64,000 bases of DNA from assembly GCA_036172245.1 (NCBI GenBank), contig JAYWIR010000003.1, positions 2,728,001 through 2,792,000 on the forward strand, read 5' to 3'. Position numbers and translations under genes: made by a program. This DNA comes from Raillietiella orientalis (lineage: Eukaryota). A model generated the notes under the pieces. The model had not been told where the DNA came from, did not search any database, and saw only the letters and a program-made list of their open reading frames with translations. Positions 25,906-38,414 of this stretch are shown here, in pieces. The number at the start of each line of letters is the position of its first letter. Position 1 is the first letter of the stretch.

Positions 25906-27661
25906 GTGCAAAAAGAGCGAAAAGAACAACGAAACGCACTCCCGGTCCTCTCCTCTGGCACGGGTGGGGGGAACCACGAAGCAATCGCACGGATCTGTCG
26001 CATGCAAGATGCACTCCAAGAGTCGTTTCGGATGCTGGAGATGAAGCCGTGCTCAGATCGTTCCGGGACGCAAAAATTTCGAATAGATTTCATCTGATGC
26101 TCGGTCTCCGTCTCCTTCCCCTCTCCCTCTTCCACTTCCTTCTCTCTTTCTGAAAAATAAAGCCAAAGGCCAGGGGCAGCAGCATCGAGCTCGTGAGTGA
26201 AGAACCCTTCCACCTGACGCCTGCCCTCTGGATGACACTTGCGGAAGCGCCCGCCCGAAATGGCGAGAGAGGGGGAGATGCTCTCCGTTCACTTTCGCAG
26301 CTCCCGGCTTCTCCTGGGAAGCTTTCGCGGACGCGCGGGGCGGGCAAGGAAATTCCGCGTCGGTCCCAGAGCTGGCCGCGGACGGCCGACCCGCAGCGGA
26401 TGCCGGAGGGATGAAAAGGCGGCGGAGGAGCTCCATGAGGAGTCCGATCGATCGCGCCGAGACCTTGGAGAGGGGGCGTGCGCCATCCCGGACGGGAAAG
26501 GGGGAAAGAGGGACGAGGGACGAGGAGCGAAACCGCATCGCGCGTGCCTTCTTCGCCCTTGGATCGGGAGGCTTCTCTCGACACTCCCCGCTCCCGGACG
26601 TGACGCAGAGCTGCCTAGATCCCCGAGGTGTACCCGCCGGAACGAGCCAGCATCCGGCTTGTTCTGGAGAGAGGACCGTCCATGGATGATGCATTCGGAT
26701 CGATCTGACCGGTCCACACGCGGAGCGGGGATGCCTCCCACCGCGGAGGAGGAGGACGAGGGAGAGGGGGGAAGGCCACCCCCCGCGGGCATCGGGACGT
26801 CCGTAACACGGGGATGGGTGGCGAACCCCCGCGCGCGTCTTCGCACCTGCCGGCGCTGCGTCGGAAGGCGCCGAGCCACCTCGCGCTCACCGGCGCTCTC
26901 GAGGTGCCGCGCGCGCGCTACAGATGTCCGACGGGCAAGCGTCTCGTCTCGGCAGCGCTCAGGGCTGTCGCCCTGGCTACTGCGACATCTTCAAAGAGGA
27001 AAGAGGAGAGAAACGAAAAAAAAAAGAACGAGAGAGGAGGAGGAGCAGGAGGAAGAATTTTTTTTTTTTTTTCGTTTCTCTCTCTTCTGCTGTTGCTGCG
27101 GCTGCTGCCGGATCTTCTTGGGACGAGGATTAGCTGTCTGTCGGATGCTGCGCGATAAGCCATCTCGCAATCATAAAAAGGGTCAGGCAGCACGCCTTAT
27201 GCTGAGCCACGTGGAATCCCGCGTTTCCCTTCGCAGGGGACAAGGAGGGCAGCGTTGCCTTGGAAACGCTCGCTCCTCCTCGAAGAGAGATACGATTGGC
27301 GCGTCTTCCCGCGGAGGTATTCCGGGGAGTACTCGGTCCAGACGGCGGGAGGCGAGACGAAGGCGGCATCGGCGGCAGAGCTCGCGTTCCTCTTTTCCCT
27401 TCCGGCTCGGCCTATTTTTCCGGGGCTCGTCTACCCCGCCCGCTAGTATCCCCTCCTCCCCCGATCGGCAGCCACGAACCGCCTCGACTACGGCGGGTCA
27501 CGGCCCTGCCTTCTTCCTATGAAGCTATCCCTATCGGCGGGCGGCCCGTGCGCGTTGCAGGGAGGGACGGAAAGAAAAGGGAATGGAGAGGGGGAGGGAG
27601 CGGAAGGAAAGAAAACAAAAAAAAAAAAAAGAATATCAGGGAGGAGAATTCCCGTGCGTAC

Positions 27662-28010
27662 CTGTCAGCGACATCCACGGGTAGTTGGAGAAGTCCCTCG
27701 CCAGACCGCTGCCTCCTTGCGTGCAAGAACCGAAAGTCGGGTCCAGAGGGTTGGCGGCCAAGCTCCTCTGATAAAACATCATCATCCCATTAGCTAAATA
27801 ATCCGAACTGGGAATGGACCCTTCCGCTACGAAGCGGCAGGACTTGGCCACGTCCAGGTGACACAGCTGGTCGCATCCCGGAGGAGCGGCGGTTTTCCGT
27901 ATCCCGAAGTACGGGAAGAAAGGGGAATGGTGGTAGCTCACCGGGTTGGCCGCGGGATTCTCGCCGGCGGACAGCGTTCCCAGTATTCCAGGATTCATAT
28001 TGCCCACCAT
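27662..28010 (-). CDS. abd-A: Hox protein Abdominal-A-like, coding exon 1 (N-terminus to YPWM hexapeptide)
   Basis: Frame reads MVGNMNPG...SPFFPYFG...DVAKSCRF...MFYQR...TFGSCTQG...DFSNYPWMSLT. These blocks match, in order, insect Abd-A motifs MYPY, DKSC(S)RY, QFYQ, GNACTQ and DLPRYPWMTLT. YPWM is at 27683-27672. The exon ends in a phase-1 donor ACAG|GTACGC (GT at 27661-27660). 28010 is the first ATG after an in-frame TAA; the true start is uncertain. Confidence 0.88.
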
Positions 28011-28033
28011 GATTCCTTGCACCCACTTACATG

Positions 28034-28240
28034 CAATAAAACGATTTGAATGGCGCGATTATAAACCGAACTCATAATGGGGACTTTAAAAAAGGAGAGG
28101 CGGGAGAGGCGCGGGAGAGACGCGAGGAGAAACGCGAAAGTAATGGACAAGTCCCGTAAACAAATCGGTCCAATGGAGATTCCAGGTGTTCGTCCTCGGC
28201 CAATCAGAGGAGGAGTTTCCGCACGGAGTCAATTAATCAC
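28034..28240 (-). promoter_or_regulatory. abd-A proximal promoter / 5' leader elements
   Basis: Two CCAAT/ATTGG boxes (~28170 and ~28200), TTTACGG, GATTAATTG and TTTTATTG homeodomain-type sites lie just upstream of the coding start, within a CpG-rich island. TSS not located. Confidence 0.45.
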
Positions 28241-31200
28241 CTTTTCCGAAAATGCCGGTTCCGTGGGTGTTTTTCATCGAGCCGCGCACGCGGGCGAGGT
28301 CGCGACCGCCATCTCGCGCGGCGCACGGCAACTACCGGCGTGCGCCTCGGGGAAGCAGGCCAAAAAAAAAAAAACTGAAAAAAAATGGAAAAAAAAGAAA
28401 GAAAAAAAAAAACACCGACCGACTGACGGCTGCCTGCGCCGCATCGCGCCAACTCGACCGCTACGCCACTGCCCCAGCCGCGGCGCGCGCGCGACCCGTG
28501 GTTTTCGGAAGTCGCTGCTGACGCTACCGCGTCCTTCCTCCTCCCTCCCTCCCGCTCCCGCGGGATTTGCGCCCGCCTGCCCTGCCGGGACTCCTCGGCC
28601 ACACCGCTCGGCAGGAGTCTTGTCCTTGCCTGGCGCTCTGTGAAGGGGGAAGAGGAGGAAGCAACCACCTTCCTCCCTCTTTCTCCTCGATCCCCCAGCT
28701 CCTCCGAGGATTGCTCGTTTCCCGGGTTGTGGAGGAGGGGAGGAGCTGCCTTCCTGCGGATCGTGGGTGGCTCAGGAGCCGCGTGCCAGCTTGCCGCCGG
28801 CGGGGTGCCACGGTGAGGCAGCTCCAGGGTCGGGACGGAGCCTCGGGGAATTCTGGTAGCGGCTCCGGCTGCAACCTCGCGCTCTCCAGCCGCTGGAAGG
28901 GATGCTACTCACCCACAGGCCGCTGCGCGACCTGGAACGAGGAGGAGCGACCCGACCAACTGCGCGCCGGCACTGCAGCGTTCAAATCGGCGTCCACGGG
29001 GAGGAGAAGACCCCTACGTCTCGTTACCAGCCCTCCGTCTACCAGCCCGCGACCACCTCCACGGCCAAGTTCTCTCCCTCCGCACCGGCCAGGTTCGCGG
29101 GGGCGGGACTTCCCTTCCTTCTACCGACTCGAGCCCGAAAAAAAAAGGGAGCTGCCGAGCTCGCGCAGGGTTGCTGTGGGCGACGTGCGCGGTGCACCTC
29201 TTCAGTTCGCCTCGAACCTGCTGAAACGTTATCCCAGTCTTTGTCTGCTCTCTCGAAGCAGAGCGAATGCTGGAGGATGCCTCCCGCTCTCCCATCTTCT
29301 TGCCGGAGATTTGCCTCCCGGCTTCTCCGCCTCCCTCTTTGTGATCTGAGACTCTCGTTCCCTGCCGATCGGAAGGACGGGAGTGGGAGTGCGCTACCCG
29401 ACCGCGGAGGGAACCTTCCTTGGGGACAGGCCACAGCGGGAACCGGAAGGAGGACCCGCGTGCTCCCAAGAACATCGTGAGTCGGGAAGCAGAGGAGGGA
29501 GCGGGAGCTTTTAGGAGAGGGAATAGAAGGGGCCGTTGTGGTTTGCCCCTCCTTCTTAGGATTGGAATTCGGAGTTGTTTTTTCCTGGAGCAGCGGCAGC
29601 ATCGCCCCTGGCAACCTCTCTCCGGCCCTCTCGCTGCTCCGTCGCTGTTCGGCCGGTTCACCTCGCGCAAACCGCCGGGCCGTCGACGCAGGAAGATGCA
29701 GAGAGCATGGTGCCAGAGGAGGATTCCACTTGGGGGGGGGGGGGGGCGGAGTCCGGTGGGCAGGAAGACAGCGCGTTCGTCTAAGAGGATGGCCGTCTTC
29801 CATTCGAGGCCACTGCCTCCAGGTCGATGCGAGACGGAAGGGGAGGGGCATTCCCTCTTACTCAGAGGGCGGGAAAGGTTATCGGTTCGATCCTCAGAGA
29901 GGTGAGCAGAGGGCTACGACCGGACGAGGGATAGCTTCCCACCCTTGCGGCTGGCACCTGGGCACCCCAACAGCGCGAGCCCCTCGAGAGGAAGACGCGC
30001 GAAGGGTGAGAGGCAGGGAACGGCGGACGCTTCTGCGTCGACGCGAGAGTGTCTCTCGGAATCCCAACCGCTCCCCTCCCGGCCACGCTCCGAGCCGAGC
30101 ACCTCAGAGGGGCAGGTCGGGCATGGCCTCCGTCACCGTGGGGAGCGAAAACGCTTCGTGATCCCCTCCGCCCCAGGGGCTCGGAACTTGGCCTCCCCGA
30201 GCGCGGCAACGAGGTTTTCGGTGGATGAGCTCGGCGCCCTACTTTCTCGGGTGGAGCAGGAAATTCCGGAGCTGCGAGGTCCGCGGCAGCGCTTCGGGCG
30301 CAGCCCGCTCGACAAGAACCCGTTTGGCCTTTCCCCAAACGGGCAGAAACGGAAGCTGGAACCGGAGCCCTCGGGCATTCTCGCTGCTGCTGGAGCTTCT
30401 CCCCGACTTCTGGGACGTACCCACAAGCCGTGCCCGCTGCCCCGGCTCCAGGGCCTGCGGGTCCAGGAACGCTCCCCGAGGGAGGTGCCACATGCGTCCT
30501 TCGTCTCCGGACGCGTGGGTGGAGAGGGCGTTCCCTTCTTTGCACCTCGGCGGAAGAGCGGGCGTTTCTGGTGGAGGTGCTATGCTCCATCTTTCGTCCG
30601 CGTTTCCCGGAGAATCCCGCGGCGCGCTCAGGAGAGTGTCCCGCGCGGCTCGTCGCTTCGGGAGACCTCGGAGCTCCGCGTGGAGGAAGCGACGAGCTCC
30701 CAGGGAAATTCCGCAGACGCGGGAATTCGCTGCCCCGTCCGCTCCTCCTGGAGGGAACTCCAGGAAGGGCGGCAGCGCGGAGTGATCGATTCGGAACTTC
30801 GCAACGGTCCACGTGAGGCGTTGCGGCAGACCGGAGGACGCCTCGCATCTCCGTGCTGGCGGTGTCCACCCATAGCGGCGCGCTCCGGCTGCTGACACCT
30901 GCACTTCCGTGTTTGCCAAGATGTGCATCCGTGCCTGCCAGCAGGATCTCAGAATTCACCGCGATCTGTGTTTCTCCTGGTCGGCATCCAGCATGAAAAA
31001 ACACATTCTCGTTGCTCCAGATGCACGTTTGGCTGAGGATGTGTCCGTCACGGCTAGTTCCAGGACCATCTGGACCATCGGACTTTGGGAATGAAACGGG
31101 CACTCTCCGTAGAAACGAACGTCCACGGGAAGGATCGCTCACGAAATGGTGATTCCGTGCGTTTGCGTCCGTGTTCTGGACCAGTGCATCTTTTTCCGCT

Positions 31201-34200
31201 CGTGTTGCATCCATGCCACCTGGTCAAGACGTTCTTAAGAGCGCGCTCACCTCGAGAGCAGGCGGCAAGCAGACAGATTATGGTGCACAGGAGAGCGAAG
31301 AAGACCATCGATCCAAGACAAGAAATGGTTACTTGGAATTCACGAACCTTCACGATGCTTTCCGATCTGGAAATCATCGCTCCCTAAAGGAAGGTCCCCA
31401 GTTTTAAAGGGCAGTCACGAATCCATGATGGAACTGTGGAAACACTTAATCGCTGGATCAAGCGTTTGCGAATCGGTCGCCCATTTTATCAGTTCCAGGT
31501 TTCCATAAAACAAACCAGGATCGCCTCGCGTGAGTCCCGTGCAGTGGAGGGAGGAGGCAGGCCGAGGACTGCCTCGCTCCTTCTAAACGGAACGGTGCAG
31601 CATCCAGCCCACTCCGAGATGTAAACACGCTGTGTAAATTAAGTTCAATCCAAGGTCGCTGGCACACGCGGAAAAAGGCAACTGCTCCCAGCTTCCTCTG
31701 GAAGATCACGAGGATTGAGTTTCCATGATAACTATGAGCGAATTCCGAATTGCCCTTTGGAAGCCTGCTCCAAATGATCTTGTTTTCTTTTTTTTTTTTT
31801 TTTTTTTCCAGACTCTTGACACGTGGCCGCAATGCAGCTTGCAGAGTTGGCTCATGCCAGAGGCTGCGTCCAAAACTTTTATTGGACGTATCGATTAATA
31901 ACTTTAGCTTTATGCTCCATCCGATTAAAGCATCGTAATCTTATCTTTTGAAGCGACCAGACTGGCTGTTTCCTTCGCTTGTTTCGACCGTGCCTGCGTT
32001 GTTTTCATTCGAATGGGCTAAATCTCCTTTACATGAAAGGGGGAAGATTATTATTAGCGAGCATCATATGATCCGGAGAACGTTGAAATGTTTCCGAGAA
32101 CCCTCATCGCGCCGAACGAAATTCATTGGAAAGTGCATACTGGACGGAAGAAATACCGTCATTAGATAACAAAGTAATAATATCTAATGACTAAGTGCGC
32201 CGAAAATTCCTATTCCCGTCCGTACCCACAGGGATGCTTCGCTTAAGCTGTTCTTCCGGAAAAACGGGACAGTTTTTCCAAGTCTGCAATGCGCAGCCCC
32301 GAAAAAGAATTTCAATGTATTCGTTTCGATGCGAAAATCAGTTGCTGGGACGGTTTCTGCCACCCATTAGCAAGAGCGTCATCTATGCAAGAGAAAATTA
32401 AATGATGAGCGAGATTTTTCCTTAAAGAGGACGCAGAAGCGTAGGAAATGGAAATCAATGGCACAGAGCTGGATGCGGTCGAGTAATGACCGTGTTTCCG
32501 TCCCTGGACCAAATAAATTCATAATCCCCGTTCAACTGCATCAGGCAGCTGCAGTCACTGATTTGAGCGAAGGACGACGTCACTTCGGATGGCGGCCGAA
32601 TTTCGCAGGGTTGCCTATCGCTGTATTTTCCGCGTTTTCCGGGATCCGCGCGCCCAAATCCAATACATACAATGTACATAAAGTGCTCAATGCAGAAAGC
32701 AGCTTCACAGGCGTTCCTCCCGGGCATCTATCCGGCGTGCTCGAAAACTCCTCAAGGTGCACGAGTCGTCCGTCCCCTCCCTCAAAACACGCATTTCTTC
32801 CTGCGCTGGCACATTGCAAGGAGTGAGTATGGAAAACGGGATGAGGAACCGAACGCTCGTTCAGCACCTCCTCTCGCCTCTTGGAGTTGCTCACCGCTTC
32901 CACCCCGGGAGAAAATGGGGTTCCATTCTGCTCCAAGAGAGTCAGCCATCGGCTGTAGAACTTCAAAGTTGGACACCCTCGTCCTCTCCAAGATTTCGAA
33001 ACTCGGAAGGAGATTTACGCCTCCGACAGAATAAACAAAACCCAACCTGAGCAGCGACTTTAGGAAGGATGAAAGGAAGATTTTCACCGGAAAACTCAAC
33101 GGCTGCAAAGCGAATTGATCGGTGGAAACTCTCAGACGATCCTCCGGCATGAAAGACATTGTAAGGTATTATTACTTTATAATACAATATAAGTACATTT
33201 GAATGTCGATGCCTGAGAATCATTCGTACTTTTCGCGTGATGAACCATCACAGAGGATCTTTCTTCGGAGAAGAATTATGTCGTCACATAATTCATTTTT
33301 ATCTCCCCCTTGTTAATTTATGTAACTGTTTAGGCATCCATTCCGAAGAAGCATTTACATATTTCCTTGTGTATAAAATCATTGAGTATGGAACGCAGCA
33401 AATTGGAAAACAGGAAAGCTCGTACCGATCCAGCACTCCGAAGACGTCCAGATTATGAAACAGAAGCCATAAAATTATTTCTGTGATTGAAGTGTGTTTC
33501 TTAGCCTGCAATCGATACGAATGTAATTTGGAAGATGGCCAATCTACAAACCTTATCCACGGAAATGCCATGGAGGGTGCACAGATGGCAGCAACCGGTA
33601 GCTTAGTCGGCGAAAATGCAGATGGCACCGGTGCATGCTACAAATACTAAAACGCAAATCGTGCATGCTCAACACAAGTGACGACTTAATTTTTTCATTA
33701 ACTGTCAATACACTGATTAGTTTTTTTGTAATTGCTCCTCCCATTATGTCAATACATGCAATAGGAAGTTTGTAAACAACAGCTATGTTTCACTGGCTAC
33801 AGAACTTTTGTAATTCAAAAAGGTATTTGCAGCTGCAGATAATAAATAGCAAATTGAAGCACTCTAATCGCTCTGAAAGAAATCAAAAAAGCTGTCCTCT
33901 ATTTTTTGCCTATGCATTATTGCATGTATGTATATATCTATCTATTGTACATTAACTTAGTGAGGAGCATCTATGCACGCATGGATACATATACACACGG
34001 TGACTATGCATCCATCGATCTATATGCCCCATGTTCGTATTTTAGCCACTTACGATTACATGCTGTATACATATGTAAGCATACGTGGATTCGGTGGCAT
34101 CACTGCCACTGATAGGCGTTTAGTGGACTTGGAAACAAAACATGCAGAAAACCTTTACAGAACACGCGCTGTGCTGCGCCAGTGCCGATGGTCCGTCTCT

Positions 34201-36394
34201 TGATGTGTTTGGTACTTCGGATGTGTTGGAAGGGCTCTCTGGAAACGGAAGCTGTTCCAAGACCACTTCTGTGGAGAGCAGGGATGGTCGGACCATTCGT
34301 TGCTACGCTCCTTTCGAAAAGCCGCACACGGGGGATCGAAAATGAGCTCTGCGAGGATGCCGGTTCTCGTCTTCTTCGAGTTCTTCATGGTGGTCGCGCC
34401 AGTCATCTTGAGATTCCTTCTGACCGCTGCTGGGAATGGAATTCGGCGTTTCGCTTCGAGGATGATCCCTCGGGCGAAATTCCCGCTCATCGTCGAGAAA
34501 TCTATTCGGCGGTGTCCATGCCGTGAACCCTGATTCCTCTTCCTACAGACCCCTCTGTCCTTACCGAGAAGCACCGGTCGAAGAAGCGCTGCGGATATGA
34601 ACTGTGCATTTCGTGGTTCCACCGCAAGATCTGCATTCGGGCTTTCTTCTCAGCCTTCCCTGCGATGTTATGTATGCAACAAAGCATCCATTATGAGATT
34701 GAAGGGCCGCAGTTTTGTTTCATCATGGGTTTCCATAAATGCAAGCCTACCCAGCAGAAACTTTGATCCGCATACCCATCAGGAGAAGTCCCGAACTTTA
34801 CGCGCTTGCCAAAGGAGAGGAACGCATTCTGACACACAGTAAATTCGGTCTGATTATTCAGTGCGTTGGCACTCGCGCCCACGGTTCGCGTTCCTTTTTA
34901 TTTCGATGCCTTTATTCGCTCCCTTAAATCACGGGTTCATCATCCGCAGATTCAGAAGCCGAAAATTCATAGCAATGCTTACTCCGTCCATGGAACTTAT
35001 TCTGTGCGGGATGACGAAAGAATGCGGAAACGAAAGAATACGGGTGGAAAGATTCCCTTTTCTTCCCGTCGGAATTCTCTGGTTGTTGCAGGTCTCGATC
35101 TTCTTGAACTCTTTGCCTAGCCCCATAGAATGGCATGCATCCCCGTAGATGTCAGGCATCGAAATCGATTCTTCTCAGTTCGTCTCAGATCGGCTTTGAG
35201 CTCCAGGAAGGAGCGAAATGAGATCCGAGCTGTTTGAGGAACCTTTGCACAGAGACAGATAGCGCCTCATGTTGCCTTACCTCTTGGAACACGCGCCTTC
35301 TATACTGCAGGAACCCGCAGTGTTCATCCTTTCTTTTCAAGGATATTTTCAACATAGGAAAAGAAGAGTATTTGGTCAAAAAAAAAAGGGCAAAGAAAAG
35401 AGCAATGGTACTCGGAAATCCTTTTCGTGCGTGTTAACTTCGGAAGTCAAGTCAGTGTATGATCCCCCAAGGGGAATTCTCGGCAGAGGGAGCTGGCAGG
35501 CTTGGCAGGGATTCGGATTTTTGTCTCCCTCTGAAGATTCCCAAGTCCGGATGCACTGCGAGGAGAAGACCGAGAATGTAGCTGAGAAAGAAGAAATACC
35601 CTCTTCGTTTGCATGGAATAACAGTGAGGATTTCCTGAGGACCGTTTCCTTGTACCTAAAGTTTTCTACGTGTGAGCGGAAGAATTCGACAGCGCTTATT
35701 TGTGAGAATTCCAGGAAGGTGGTGATCCTGAGCAGATCAGACTCGGCACAGCGTGCACTACTGAACTCATTTCCCAGTCTGCGAGGTGGTCAGAAAAATT
35801 GCTTTCAAAGGCTTCCTTCGGTTCCTTTTGCCGCTGGCAATCAAGGTGCGAGTGTTCCCAACACCCGGTCTTCTCTGTGAGAATACCTCGACTGGAAATC
35901 GCGCGAAGAATCAATGTATGCTCATTGAGAGAATTCGCATGAGAAAGCCTCTTTCTTGGCAACCAAACGGAATCTATTTGTAATCCATCATGTTGAGCAG
36001 CTGAATCTTCATCTCGTGGTTTGGTAGTGTCTTCGGAGGCGAGTCTGGATTCCAAGGGAAAACGCTAGGGATTTTATATATTTTTTTTCTCTCCCGAGAG
36101 AAATGAAAGTCACCAGTCGTGAGATACCTCTCCGATAGCACTTCAAGATGGTGAATGTGACTTCGCTTTCTCCAAAATCAACAAACGAAGATCTGTGTAC
36201 TGTCCTGCTAGTAGCGAACCTTGAATGCTTATCAGATGTGAAAACGAGTCTCTAGGTGTTGTTGCCACGATTCTGGGAGCCCACCTGGGAGTTTGCTCTC
36301 TTCCACTTTATCCACGGAGCTGACAATGTGTTCCTCTTAGGGACAGCTCAGGGAGCCCAACAACTCTTAGCATGCTGATGCTTCGATTCCTTCG

Positions 36395-36431
36395 GATGAA
36401 CAGCTCCGTGAACTGAACGGAGCTGTTCATC
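36395..36431. repeat. Perfect 15-bp inverted repeat with 7-nt loop
   Basis: GATGAACAGCTCCGT-gaactga-ACGGAGCTGTTCATC. Confidence 0.9.
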
Positions 36432-38255
36432 AATCAGTTGAATTCATCAATTCGGAGTATCTTTGCGGCCGCTGTTCATCCGGAGCATGAGAAATGAAAC
36501 ATTCTTCTCTTCGCCCCTCATCCATGAGTGGAAAACAACACATGAGCCACCGAAGTTCTTGAGGATTATTTGTAGAAGGGTTTAGTACTCCATAACTTGA
36601 CTCGAATCACCAACTTTCACCCCAGTGTTTGCAGACTCAAAAATGAATTCTCTCGCCTTTTTGGAGGTTCCATCCACCGCAAACCGATTAACACCAGGAT
36701 GTGTGGAATGCGGGCACGGGTGTCGCTTCCCTCTCTGTTTTTGAGTGACTTTCGGTTCATCTCATTGGGAACTCGTCTCCTGCTGCAAAAGTACCATTGC
36801 GAGCCCTATTTGCGCACTGCCTCTTCGGTAGCAGCAACCTCCATCATTTGACTTCCCCACTGGTGTCCACTCGAATGGCTGGAACCAAGTGCACATTTCG
36901 TGGTTCGCAGTGGAACTCGAGAGTGTATCGGAGGTGCGCCACCAACAGAAGCAAAGCTCCAACTCCACTCGTCTTGTCTTAGGGAGGCTGTCCACCAAAT
37001 TCCTGCTTACCGGCGAAAATAGGAAAAGTCTATGGGCGTTCTTTCATCGCTTTCATCCGAAACGACATCAGGGAAGCTTCTTGCTTCCCTGATGGAGGAC
37101 GACACACTCATCTTCTTAACTTCTTAACTCTTTCGTACTAAGGAATACCGAGAAGGGATTTCATACGAATCTTAAAAGAAAGGTGAAAGGTGAACTAGCA
37201 CGATGCCTGAAGGTGTTCAAACTTTGCTAAAACATCGACGGACGCTTTACAGTGAAGGAACAAAAGTGTGGTCCTTTAGAAACAGAATACGAAAGCAAAA
37301 GAATGCTTGGGCAGTATTTCCGATTGCTATCAGTGCTATTTTTTATTTCTATCAAGGCTTTCTATCATACCTTTTTTCTTTTTCAATCCCCAAAGTTGGA
37401 AAACTCGGGCTTTTCCGTGCAATCGATTCGGTTGGCCCGCTGCACTGATTAGCACGGCAATGGGAAGCTGCGTAATAAGAACGGTGTTTGTGAATGCCCC
37501 AAGCAGAGACCTGCGGTTGTCATGCACTGGCCAAGAGGCACCGAATTTTGACCAGAAAAGTCAGCACACAGCAACACTTCTTCTCGTGCTGCTCAACCCA
37601 AAAAACCTCGCAAAGCAAAAGCATTCAGAAATTCAAGCCCAGGAAGGATAGTGTACGCGCTCAAGTCAAGAGCAACCAAGGTCGTACAATCTATTGCGTT
37701 TCTTGAGTACACAATCCGGCGGCAGTCACGCAAAGAATCACCATTGCCATTTAACTCCAACGGTGGAATGTGTCCTCCGTTCGCCTGAGGAAGGTGCAAG
37801 TGCCGATTGCAAATGCAAGTGCTGACGTTTCGAAAGAAAACGTCTTCCTGATTACATCGGGGGATGCCCCTCCCCACATGCGGCGTCTTTCGAACGCGTC
37901 CCGTGCCATGCGCGTGGTCCAAATCCGCGAGCATCCGAAATTCGATGTTCCCTCAGGTAGCGATTCGTTTGCATTTGCTGCAAGACCGATTCAGAGGAGG
38001 TACATAACATCCGGTCTCGGAGATTTGCTTTAAAGTTCCATTCCAGCCTTCATCATCGAGGGAGCGGGAAAGGGACCGTCAAAGCCGCATCACCGTGCAG
38101 CTCTCGTGCTTTGATTTGGCATCCAAGACGGCGGTAGTCACAGTTCAATCTCCTGGGTCGTTTCTGTGGCGCTTCCTGAACGCTCCTTCCCACGGAGTTC
38201 TTGGAGAGCTCTCAAGAGCAAAGTCGAGGGCACATCCTAACCGCAGATCCGAATG

Positions 38256-38414
38256 CTGCTGGGATTTCGAGCAATAAAAGAAAGATGCACTGGTAATCCC
38301 CCCCCCCCCCAATAAAAAAAAAAAAAAAACGGCACAAAAAGGATCCGAATTCTTTCCGGTCGTTTTTTAGGGATTACTGGTGCATCTTGCTTGTATTGGT
38401 CAAAATCCCAGCAG
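38256..38414. mobile_element. MITE-like element with 45-bp imperfect terminal inverted repeats
   Basis: 38256-38300 matches the reverse complement of 38370-38414 at 39/45 positions, around a 69-nt low-complexity spacer. The inverted repeat is certain; MITE identity is inferred. No convincing target-site duplication (only TG on both sides). Confidence 0.45.

Larger units (their letters stand above)
25500..31000. other. GC/CpG-rich island over abd-A exon 1 and its upstream region
   Basis: Dense CGCG/GGCG and polypurine tracts compared with the flanks. Boundaries are approximate, by eye. Confidence 0.65.

Noticed and set aside
26239..27522. 427-aa plus-strand ORF antisense to the abd-A intron
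   Set aside because: Arg/Gly/Pro-rich, runs through homopolymers and has no domain; expected from stop-codon scarcity in GC-rich DNA.
29885..29894. GGTTCGATCC B-box-like motif (similar at about 9856 and 24511)
   Set aside because: No A-box or cloverleaf, so not a tRNA or supportable SINE.
29862..31214. 450-aa minus-strand ORF and overlapping 316-aa plus-strand ORF
   Set aside because: Several frames are open on both strands of a CpG island, with no recognisable motifs.
33915..34090. TA/CA-rich stretch producing Tyr/Ile/His-rich ORFs (similar at 1547-1588)
   Set aside because: Degenerate microsatellite-like low-complexity DNA.
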